Assembly: GCA_037447605.1 (NCBI GenBank)
Contig: CM074809.1
Span: forward strand, 3,338,689 to 3,402,688
Direction: 5' to 3'
DNA length: 64,000 nt
DNA from: Zygnema circumcarinatum SAG 698-1b
Taxonomy: Eukaryota > Plantae > Zygnematophyceae
A model generated the notes under the pieces. That model was given only the letters and a program-made list of their open reading frames with translations, had not been told where the DNA came from and searched no databases. Position numbers and translations under genes: made by a program. Shown one piece after another: positions 24,590-35,916 of this stretch (positions are counted from its first letter, which is position 1; each line of letters begins with the position of its first letter).

Positions 24590-25499
24590 GGCTGCCTCCC
24601 TTAGGGTCTGAGCTCGGCTCTAAAGAAATTTTAGGGTTGCCTGTGGGGCTTCCATTTCTTCATCCTGGAGTCATTGCCCAATGGCGCTTTGTCACGTGTA
24701 AAAATATATGTTCGGTGCAGCGTTTCCCGTTGTGTGGAAGAAGGAACCGGAAACAGTTCAACCGCATAAGCTGGCATGGAACGGTGTTTACATGTCTCTA
24801 GAAACTAACAACTCTCCAAAGGTCGTCCAGTAAAACTGCGGAAAACTGTAACGATAACTTGTCGACGCTGTACAGCATGGATCGGTGCCCAATTAGGGGC
24901 AGCTTCCTGGAAATCTCTTGGAAGTTTTCCCTCAACTGCTCCCAGTCTCCAGAAGGCAAGCTTTGCACGGAGCTAGGACATGGCGACTCTCGGCTTGGTC
25001 TGCTCATGGGGGGCGGTTCTGGGAGAGCTTAGAGGGCAGTTTAAAGGCAGGCAGAGGTGCCACTTAGAGAGGCATCTCGAGGCTTATGCATGTCCGGTAG
25101 AGTTGATCAGAAAAAGTGACCTGAACACGAAGGAAGGTAAGGAGGGAGACCTCCTGTTCGGTGTCTCGCACTTGCAGCATTCAACTGAAATTTGAGAAGT
25201 TAAAGCGTATTTAGAAAAAAATCATTATGATGATTTTGGTGCAAAGGTCAGAGGGAAACTAGTTGCTCAATATTGAGAAGCGCTTGACCTGAACTTGCCA
25301 ACAAAAGGACGTTTCCTCTACGCTTTCTTTTGCAGGTACTTCTTGGTTCCCTTGCACCTGCTTATCTTCTTCTATCAGAAATTTGCGTTCCTTTCACACA
25401 TAAGTTCCTCTCTTTCTACCTTTTAGTGACTTTACTTCGTAATGTTGTTGCTCTCTCTCTTCTCCCTGTCCAGGCTTAAGAGCTCAGAAGGACACAGCC

Positions 25500-26310
25500 A
25501 TGGCCGCAGCTTCAAATAATTTCGCAGCACTTGCAGAAGGAATCCTTCCTCCTTCAGGCCGCGGCGCGGCTGCAGAAACTCCAATGCCTACTTCGTTTGC
25601 TCCGCCTGTAAAGTCATACGACATTCACGTGTATTTTCAGCACACCGATGCTCAGCAGACTGCATTCGCGAGAAGATTGCGAGAAGATGTCATGAAGGTG
25701 TGCGGCGTTCCTGCAGCGTTAAGTATTGCAGGAATGTGGTTGATAGTCAATCGACGAAAATGGAACTTACTTAGCCTTTATGTAGCGGAGCAGGTTGAGT
25801 CGCATGGCGGATAGCTCTTTTGGAGGATACTGTTTTGCATGGACAGGGTAGCTTTGGGTGCATGGAGAGTGAAAGGAAACGGCATTTGCGGAAGCTGTTG
25901 CCCGTAACTGTCCCTTGGCCAAGCACCGCTGTGATTTGCAGCGCTGGCTGAAGACGTAAATTCTGCAGGAGGAGGTCCTGCAACGTTGCACTCATCTAAC
26001 ATCGAGAGGCTGCTTGCGTTACTGTGTGCAGAACTTCCCGCATTTGCAGACCGGCCGGTTCCATGAGAAGCCTATCGGCCCGCATCCTGTGGGCATGTTT
26101 GAAACCGATTTGCAGACTCCTGCACAGTTTGCGGAGTTTGTCCCGTGGATTGGCATGAGGAGAGGCGCCCTCTCCGTGCTGCTGCATCCAAACACTGGTG
26201 ATCTTGTAGCAGATCATATGGATAACTCTGCCTGGTTTGGTCACAAACTGGATTTGAATGTCGAGTTCTTGAAATGGTTCGTGCAGATGCAGGAAAGTCA
26301 GAGTCGTTAG
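25500..26310 (+). CDS. DOPA 4,5-dioxygenase family protein (fungal/bacterial DodA type, not LigB type); intron 25698-26031
   Basis: SYDIHVYF, GRFHEKPIGPHPVGMFE, LSVLLHPNTGD..ADH...AWFGHKLDLN. Confidence 0.88.
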
Positions 26311-27059
26311 CGTTGACGACAGGGGTGGTTGTAAATAGAAGAAGCATGGCAGTGATGTACCAGAGCAGGTTTCTGAGTCCCTTCAAGGCCAATGAAGCAC
26401 CTTGGCATGTTTGTTGGAAGTGGCTCGCTCGCTTGAAAACATGCCAACATAAGAAAGCTTGTTCTCCGAACATATTTCTATAACATCACCACTCTGTACC
26501 TTCCTTTTGAGGCATTAAACCAAAAAGCATGCATGTAGGTTTGCCTACGCAGCCCGAAGCTGCTTGTCCTGCAGTGGTTTTGAAGCTCACGCCAATGCTC
26601 AAATCATGGTCGACCAAATACATAGAAATTTGCGGTGGTTTTTGCAGCTACTTTTAGCTTAACAAGCTTTGGGAAGACGTGTTTAGTCCATCCGCTGCTA
26701 GAGTGTCTGCTGATCAAGCGCACAGGGTGGGAAGTGCCCTCACAGAAAAGGGAAGGCTCTCTCCAGTCCACTGCAAAAACCTGCAGCCCTGGATGAGGGT
26801 CCTTCCACGGCCCTCGTTCTCCGCTCGGCAGCAACCGCCCTCCTAGTGCTTACCTCATATCCCCTTCGGTCCATGATTCAGCGTTGACTCGAACAATAGA
26901 CACTCCCTCATTGCAATGTTTTTGTGCCTTTCCCGGCCGGCGTTGGCGGCACGTTTTAGGCGATCTCGGAGCATTTCCTGCGCATGGCGCAAAGCAGAAG
27001 CCTCAAATGTGACGCAATGCTCTCAGCCAAATGAACTGTGAAATGCAAAGAGAGTTCGC

Positions 27060-28090
27060 AGGGACGCCACGTGAGCATGTGCGCGCACTGCCGCTGCCAC
27101 ACACAACCGCTCATGCCCATGCCCATGGACGTGCCCATTCCCGTCATAGGCCTACTCATGTTCATGTTTCATGCTCAATGAGTCACATGCGGTCGCTCCT
27201 CCGCGCCCGAATACGACAAGAGGGTGCGAGGAAAAATCTCATTGACAAAATACGCTCGGCCACGTGGCATTCCGCGCTGTTCCTATCCACGATGTCCGCC
27301 AACGAGGCGCCACGTGACCAGCCTGCCACGCTGGCGAAGAAGCCGCCCGCCCGCAAGTGCGGACGGACAGACGGTTCAAGCGCAAAAATTGAGCCGACCG
27401 TACGGTTGTTCGGTTGTCAACCACGTCTCCGCCTCCCCAGATTCTACCTCCAGAGGGCGCTTCCACCCGCCGACCAAAAGTTGAACCGCGCCCACACCAT
27501 CATATGGGCGCCATACGGCTGCCGCCCTTCGCTGTGCGGTTAGCGCCTCTCTGAGGTGGCGCTTGTGTGGTCCCTGGCCTACTCGGCCCTCCCTGCCAGG
27601 TGGCGCGCCCTCTGACTGGAACCACGGTCGAAGCTCGCGAGGTCGCAGGTGCGAATGCCCACTTGCAGTCAACGCGCCTTTTTGTCGTCTTGTACACTGG
27701 AGCCCAAAGACGCACATGCTCCGAGCCAGTGGCGCGCTGCCACGTGGTCGCGGCCGCCCGCTGGCTCGCGCCTTTGACTATGGACTTGCCCGTGCTTCCC
27801 GAAAGACTCTTGCCGCCCGCCGGGATCGCGCCATCCTGGCAAGCTCCGGCCGCTGACATGAGGACAAAACAGTTCGTACGTACACACTATTGGGAATCCA
27901 AAAGGCGGCGCAAGGGACGAAGCTTCGGAGAATTCCAGGATCGCGTCAACGGCGATTGGCGGCTGCCACTCACACGTGTCAGGATCTGAGCCCGTGGAGG
28001 CCGCGGACGGGAATTGTTTGTCGTTTTCGCCGACCGTGGTCCGGTGGGGCCGGTGGAGATGTCTCGGGGGCCCTGAGTAGGCGCCACGTG
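27060..28090. promoter_or_regulatory. GC-rich intergenic block with clustered G-box/ABRE-like CACGTG motifs
   Basis: Six CACGTG in about 1 kb, five of them as GCCACGTG. Could instead be transposon subterminal repeats. Confidence 0.4.
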
Positions 28091-28523
28091 TCGCCGGGCG
28101 GCAAGTGCAAGCGTAATTGGACAGCCTGGTAAAATTTTTGGCCCGGGTACGGGCAGCCTGGACGCAACGAATTTTGTTCAGGGCGAAGTAATTATCTGAG
28201 CGGCGGCAGTTTCATCGCTTCCTAAAAACTTTTCGGCTTCCCCGTTTTGCACGCAATGCCGCCCAAAACCTATTTCCATATTTGGTCTACACCTTTTTCA
28301 AGCAGTGGAAAAAAGTTTCTCATGCTTCTTGCGGCCTCGTACTTGCCAGTTAAACCGACGCAGGAAAATCCAAAACTGTGAATTTGGCGCCTACCAACAG
28401 GCCGAAATAGCTGGCGCACGGCCTCGTCAATCGGAAGTCTGCACACGAACAACGCGGCGCTATTATTGGCTGTTACGGGGACCGCGCCAGCTGGACCAAC
28501 CCGTGCCCCGATATGCTCGGACT

Positions 28524-28707
28524 GTACGAACGCCACGCTGTCGTTTCCGAATTATGGGAGCCATACCGTCCACTTCGCTTTTTCAGCCCAGTCCGTACTT
28601 TCTGCGTACGGTACCTGTACTATATGTACGGACTTTCCCCCTTGAGCTGTAGTTCAGATTCCGCTTAAGCGTACGGCAGAATCCCTGACCGTATAGGACG
28701 CGTACGG
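28524..28707. promoter_or_regulatory. Cluster of GTAC / CCGTAC motifs (SBP-box-type core)
   Basis: Eight GTAC in about 185 bp, 400 bp upstream of the ATG at 29107. Confidence 0.5.
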
Positions 28708-29106
28708 CAGAGGTAGGCGCACACCCACATCGCCAGCTTGCGCGAGAGAGGGCTGGAACCGTTTTCCTGTAAGGGAGAGAGAGAGAGAGAGTGAGCTTGC
28801 GGGGACGGAGTTGTGGCAGAGGCAGAGCGAGAGATTCAGCGGCGAGGATTGCTGAAGGAGGGCGTCAATACGCGCGTCAGAACATAATTTCTGGTTGTTA
28901 TTCTGACGGGAGGATCTGATTGAGACAGCAGCTGGGAGGGACACTTGCAGGGGATGCGGGAGAGGGAGCGGGAGAGGGAGAGGGAGAGGGAGAGGGAGAG
29001 AGGGAGAGGCTGTGGTCGTGAAAGGTGAAACCTGCTGCCTCTCTGCCTGCTCGCTCGTCCTTTTGGTTGTCTCCTTCTTCCCTTTCTTGCTGCGGCGGCA
29101 GCGGCC

Positions 29107-31058
29107 ATGGGCGTGAGCTTGAACTCTGACTCCGACTCCTGCAGCAATGGCTACCGCTTTGTTCTCCACGGAGAGTCTGACTCGTACATGAGCAGTCTAA
29201 GCGCTAGTTTCACTACCACAAGCTCCGACGAGCTCTCTCCCAGAGCTCGCATAGACGTAGCAACAGGAGCCCCTGTTTGGCAGAGGAGGCCTGTCAGTGC
29301 GTTCAAGCATCAGCATGTTTCTATTCAGCTGAAAGCTCCTCCAACAAGCAATCCAGGAACAGGGCTCAGTATTGTAGAATCAGGGCAGCCAGGCTCCGCT
29401 GATTTCGCTGTAAAGTTTTACGACAGTAAGGGGAGAGGAGTATCGCCTCTTCATCACATTCCTCTTTATGCGGGGAGAGACTTGTGGACTATGGTCTGTA
29501 CAACGCCCAAAGACAGCTGGATAGAGGTAGAGGTCGGAGAGAGTGTTGGAGGAGATGGAGGAGAAGGGGAGGGAGGGGCAGAGTGGGAAGAAGAGGGTGG
29601 GTTAGAGGAAGAGGAGGAGGTAGAAGCAGGACGGAGAGCAAGTAATGAGTTTCAGCAGAAGGGGTGTGGCGCCGGCCCTTTGAAACTTAGACTGAATAAC
29701 GGGACACCTTCCCACTACAGTGAGAATTCTCTATGGAATATCGGCATGCTGCCGCAGACGTGGGCCAATCCGGAGCTTCCAAATTTAGAATATGGCGGTC
29801 TACAATACGACGGGAGGCCGCTGGAAGCCATTGATTTAGGTTCAAAGCCAGGGAGAGTCGGAGAAGTATATGCTGTAAAGCCTTTGGCGGCATTCGCAGT
29901 GATCGATTGGGATAAAGAGAAGCTAAAGCAGCAGCTTTCGTGGAAAATCGTGTGCATTAGAGCTGATGATTTGAGTGCGGTGGCATTGGATGATGTCGGA
30001 GATGTAAATAGACGGATGCCGGGAGTACTGGAGGAGATAAGAGAGTGGCTTCGAATATGCCGATGTTTGCAACAAGGTGAGAGACCTGTCTCCGATGTGC
30101 TTTCAGAAAGGTTGCTGTAGAGAGGGATGTGGTACGGAAAAGCAATGGTAACTTTCCGCGGGAGTCCGCTTTGGAAAAAGCTACACGTTTTGGGCAAGTA
30201 TTGTTTAACCTGTTGTAAAGGGATGTACATCTGGTGTTGTGTTGTGGAATGAGCTAGACTTTGGTGCTATGTTAAAGTCGCTCCCAGTTCCTATTGATCG
30301 TGATGATCTTACAAATCGGTGTGATGCTGCCTCTTCCTTCTGCAGATGACCGCATGTGTGTTTTTGGCCTTAACGAAAGAGCAGCCAACCGGGAAGGAGC
30401 CCTCCGAGTGGTAATGGAAGCCCATGCCAGCTGGCAGCGTCTGGTTGAACAGAGACCCTCCCTTCTCGTGAAGTCGTCTCCTTTCTTCGGAGTTGAAGGC
30501 CGCAGGGGGGAGGTAGGGGGGAGCTCTCCTCTACCTCCATCCTCTCCCTCTAGCCAGAGCCTCTTGTGGCAGCGAATCAGTGGCCCCCATTTCAGGGAGA
30601 CTGGAGGGGTCATTATGCTGAGCGATCCGAAGAAGTTGCTGGCCAGAAGGCAGAGAAGGCCTTGGAGTGAGAGTGTGTGTGATTATGAGAGCTTAGACAC
30701 GGAATCGCAAGGGCAGGGAAGTGTCTCTACCAACGGGACTGTGAGCAGGAGATTGGGACTCAAAGCATTGCGATCATCCCCTCTCTTTGCACATCCTGCA
30801 TACATTGAACCGAGGATGGAAGAGTTGATGATCTCCTTTGAAGGGGATGACTTGGATGAACTGAGCTTGAGAACTTCCGGCCTCTGCTTTCCAGTGCCCG
30901 GCCGGAGGGTGCCCTTGAAGTTGGAGCCGGTCGACACACCGAGGAGAAAATGGCCGGGAGGTAGCCGTAAGGGGAGTAGGGAACTAGGATTAGCCTTAGG
31001 ATGCGGCTCCGCCACTATGTATGAGATGGGTCACGGGTTACAAGAGCTGCAGAGATGA
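29107..31058 (+). CDS. Second pyrophosphatase-like paralog, predicted inactive (intron 30077-30345)
   Basis: GRGVSPLHHIPL, WNIGMLPQTWANP, VKPLAAFAVID, SWKIV and VFGLNERA. The phase-1 intron is in the same position as in paralog 1. Confidence 0.85.
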
Positions 31059-32750
31059 TGTGTTGATACAGAATAACGTGGCAACTGTAGATCTCGACAC
31101 TTAGGCAATCGATCTGCCGGAGGGGAGGAAACCTTCAGGGGGGTTGAAGTCTGAGGGAGGACTAGATTTTTTTAGGTGGCGTAGGAGCTGAGCATTTGTA
31201 GAGGGTATCAGGTTTTCCCGTCACTCCATAAAGAGCAGGTTTCGGAACTTTTAACTGAACTGGGCCTTGCGGAAGAAGCTTCGATTCAGCCGGCCAATTG
31301 CCTTAGGCTTGGCAGGTTATGATAGAGAGTAGTGAAGCTGGAGTGTCTCTGACCTAAGTTGAGGGAGGCTAGGACTCGATCCGTGCTCCTCGTAGTACTT
31401 GAACATGCCCCAACTACTACGTGGAGAATAAAGCTTCAATAGAGTCGCCGTCTAAAGTGACGAGCAGCTCTAAGCAGGTTGTTGTAATGATACGAACGTG
31501 AAATGGACTGAAATAGCTCTTGATGAAACCCTTTATTCTCCTTGTCGTTGCCGTCATTTTCCCATCACAGTCATGGTCTTAGGAATGTATAACTGAGTTT
31601 GCAACTCATTCACTTGTGTTTCTGGTCATTTGGTTCTTTAAGTGAAAACTCGAGATGTAGCAGAAGGTGCCATCAAGTTTTTTAGTCTAAGGAACAGTTC
31701 GGAATAGTGGATCTTTCAGTCATTTTGGCAGACTTCTAGCAGACTTGCTTCTTGCAAACCCCAATATGGGAATTAAAAAATGCCAGCGTTTTCTTTCAAC
31801 GTTCCAGTCCTCTTGTCAAGTCCCAGACATCCTTGCTTGCTCGACTCATTCATTATTCATCCTCCAGCAAGAGTGCGTATTCAGAACGCTGAAATGTCAT
31901 GATTTACACGATCCTGCGCACCTCTGCATGGCGCTGCATGCATCGTCGATTTCCGTGTCTTTAATCCGCGCAGCCTGCCCTGGTGCTCTGTCAAGACCGC
32001 CCCCATCCTGCAACGCGCGGAGGCCGGGACTCTGCCTTGGCCGGTCAAAAAAAGTCTTTTTTACCTTGGCCGTTCATGCAGCCCCGCGACATGCATTGGC
32101 TGGCAGCTGCCACGTAGGCAGAACCTTTCGCCTCTAAATTTGTTTCAGCTGCGGGCAGGTCCAAGCTTCTCTCATCGCCTGAAAAACGAAGGTAAGGACT
32201 TCGCCTGACTGCCTGCCTGCCGCCGCCATCGCCTCGTGTGGCCGCCCGCCATGGCCATGGTTTGTCCCACGCTTCGCTTGTTCTTCGCCCCCTCCCTCCT
32301 TTGCCTCTTTGTACCTCTCTCTCTCTCTCTCGCTGCCTTCAGCTGCAATGCGCCTGCGTCCTCAGCTCCACATGGCCCTATTGAAATGGAAGGAGTGAAC
32401 ATTGCATGCACACAATGAGAATGGAGAACAAATGACACCAAAGGAAAGTGTCTGTTCAATGAGAGGTGCTTGTGCAATGTCCCAAGCTTGCTTGTATACA
32501 ATGCGACTAGGGCTACGCGACAAAACAAGTTAGCGGCAGCATAGATATAGCCTGAGCAAAGGGCAGCCAGATGTAAAGCACACAGCCGCAAAAGACAAAA
32601 TTTAATAAAAGCTAAACGGAAAAAAACGTATACGACAACATAAGGATGTCTTATTTGCACCAGGCTCGGCCCAAGCGCCTTCCCATTATCGGTCCCCCCC
32701 CGGACCCCGCCTCGGCCCTCTTCAGACGCCCACCCGCCATCTCGGCAATA

Positions 32751-32930
32751 CGACAACTAGCACGATACGACACGGTAAGATACGATACGATATAAGACGA
32801 TACATTACAAACAATACGATACAATATGATACAGTAAAAAATAGATACGATATAGAACGATACGATACAATAAAAAGCGATAAGATACAACACGATACAA
32901 TGTGATAAGCTACAACACGATACGATACGG
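32751..32930. repeat. Degenerate (ACGAT/GATAC)n minisatellite
   Basis: Repeated acgatacgatac/acaatacgatac units. A similar short tract in the opposite orientation lies at about 48430-48465. Confidence 0.8.
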
Positions 32931-33128
32931 TACTGCATGTGGCAGACTGCAGCAGCGGAGGCTCTGAAAAAACTCGGAAGTCGGAACCCTAAAATCAACA
33001 GGCCGTCAGGATGCGGTAACCCTAAACTGCACAGGAATGCTCCGCGTGAGAGCCTTGCTGACATCGGAGCGGCCATTGCAATCACTGCAGAAATAGCAGC
33101 TTGCTTGGAATATAATTTCCTGCGCCCA

Positions 33129-33245
<117 letters not shown>

Positions 33246-33259
33246 CCTCGAGCTCGGCC

Positions 33260-34029
33260 ATGCAGGAGGGCCTGTGGCTCGGAACATGGCTCCGCTTCCT
33301 CACAGGCAACCGCTTGGCGCCCTTCGTGCCGACTCCGCACCATGTGGTGCGCCGAATGCTTCAGTTTGCACGTGTCGGAAAGACAGACTATGTATTTGAC
33401 CTCGGCTGCGGCGATGGCAGACTGCTCGTAGCAGGTGAGCGTCGCAAGTGCTCATAGCATGCGCATGGCTGGACCTATGGGAGCGTTTGTGTATTCAAGC
33501 ACACAGGAGCGTTGAAGCAGTTTTTGGGATTCCGAAAGTAAACAATCGTAGCATTGCTGTTCCGGCTTTTTTTCTGACGCAGAGGAGCGAGGGGCGGCAC
33601 AGCTGCACAGCGGCATGGAGCCAAAGGCTTTGGGGTTGAACTGAATACGAAGCTGCTGAACGAAGCCAGAGCTGCAGTTGAACGGGAAGGCCTGACACGC
33701 TTCATCACATTAGCGCACCAGGTGGGCTTCTCATGCCTTCGAGTGTAAGGGATGTGCTGTCAGGTGCGTCCTTGGATTTTTTATCATAAGCTGGTCCATT
33801 CATGAGGATGGCTTTCCCCTCGCAGGATGCCCGCAACGTCGTACTCACAGAGGCCACGGTAGTCACACTCTATCTGAGCACAAGTGGGAATAGCGCGCTT
33901 CTCCCTCGCCTGCAAGAGCAACTCAGACCTGGTTCTCGGGTGGTGTCGTTTTGTTGGCCAATTGAAGCGCTGAAACCATCTGCAACAACCACAATCAACG
34001 GGATAACTATTTACTTGTACCATTTTTGA
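33260..34029 (+). CDS. Class I SAM-dependent methyltransferase, FAM173/aKMT-like (exons 33260-33434, 33603-33721, 33826-34029)
   Basis: [37 protein letters not shown] and LRPGSRVVS. The three exons join in frame via GT-AG introns. Confidence 0.85.
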
Positions 34030-35644
34030 ACATGATGATGATTTTTGACATGTAGTCGCTTGCACTACACAAATTAGTCAGCATTCAATTCAGTGTCTAT
34101 AGACTTGTGTTCCACACGTCACCTTTACAGCTGCTTAGCTGTCTGCAATTGATGGCTCAATTCAAAATGTAATGTAAGAGTCTGCCAATGCCCAGGCCCT
34201 TGTTCCCATGTTTGTATAATCCGGCTTTGTTGATCCTCTTGAAGGTCCTAGACGTTCTACATCTTGCAAAGCTCAAATTTGACGATGTTTGGATGTTTTG
34301 GCAGGTGGGCTTCATCATGTATGATATGAAAGTTGAGCATTTTTGGGTTCGTTCCAATTCAGTCATTGTTTTCCATGAAATGAACAATTCCAGCGCTGTT
34401 CCCAGGCTAGACAGAGAAATGGAATTGCAGATCATTCTCAAAATGTGAAAGGAATTTAAAGGAGCGGTGTTGCTATTAATGAGAACGGCTATTGGCTATA
34501 GACAAGAACTTCTGAGCAAAGACTGAAAAACGAAAATCGGCAAATAGAAAACAAAAAACCAGAACGGGCAAACCAGAAAGGGGAAACCTGAAAGGAAAGG
34601 GAACCAGCGATGACGAACAGAAACTATACAACTCCGCCAAACGCTTTCACTTGAAACATGGCATAATGTTCCACTTGACAGTTCTCGTCTACAGTTCTGC
34701 CTCGATCTGCCTTCACTTAACTAAAGAGTCCATGTTATCCTTTGCAGATATACACCAATTTCGGTACAGCAGTGTCAGTGTCAAGCTGTCAACTGGAACT
34801 TTAACTAGAAGGGAAACTGTGCCGAACATGTGACTGTCCGCAAGTGTACCCAAGACGTGCAGAGACAGCCTCCGCTGCAACTCAGTGAAGACAACAGATG
34901 GAGAAGAAGCCAAGGTACTTCTTTGACAAAATTAGAGAGTACTGACGAGGCCCTCCTTCGCATATAGAAATTGTCGAATAAAAGTGACGTTTCTTCACTG
35001 GCAGCTCTACAGGGGTGCTCTCTTTCTCTCTCTCACACACAGGGAGAGTCTGAGAGGGCGTCTCCTCAGTTACAATGTTACAAGCCTGCCATCCTCCTCC
35101 TCCTCCTGGAGACTGCAATCGGCCCTCCTCTTCCTGTTGTTCTTGAGGGCACTGCCAATGGCGGAACCTTAAAAGCCTCCTTCTCCCAAGCCAGCGTGTC
35201 GAAAATGCAGTTACATCACCTCCACAGCATAATCTAGGACTGCCGTGAAAGTCTAAGGGCCTGAATCGGAAAAACCGGCGTTCACTGCCCAAAGGAACAT
35301 CTGGCACCATTGAATGTATGCTTCACGGATCTCAGCTCATGGAATTGAAGCCTGAGCTTCGCGCTATACACTTCCACTGACTGATGCTCCGTTGTACACC
35401 CGATGTTGTCGGCAAAGTAAATTCTCGATTAGAATAAGTCACCATCATCTCTGCCAGCCCTAGGCTCCATGGTCACATTGGGCTCATTCAAGGGCCACAG
35501 AGTTTCCCAAAATGATTGAGAGAATGTGTGAAGTTGAGTGCATGCAATCGGTTGGTCCCCTCTCTCCCCCAATATTGACAGTCAGTTCTTCAGTTACGCC
35601 ACGTCACTTTACAAATGGAGAAGGCACTATATGAAGGCTCACTT

Positions 35645-35867
35645 CTAAGGTGCAGGATCTTTCAAGGACGCATTGACAAGGTCCGAAATTTTGGGATATA
35701 ACAGACGCTCGTCAAGCTGGCCCTGAGCCCAGAGCAGCATTTTAAGCAAGTTGGGAAGTTTGGGCTCTGTAAAACAGTGGAAAGAAGAACGAAAGTTTGA
35801 GATCGACATCATCTTTAATCATGTGCCACTTGAAGCATGTCAGACTCACATAAATGAAAGAAAGAAA

Positions 35868-35916
<49 letters not shown>

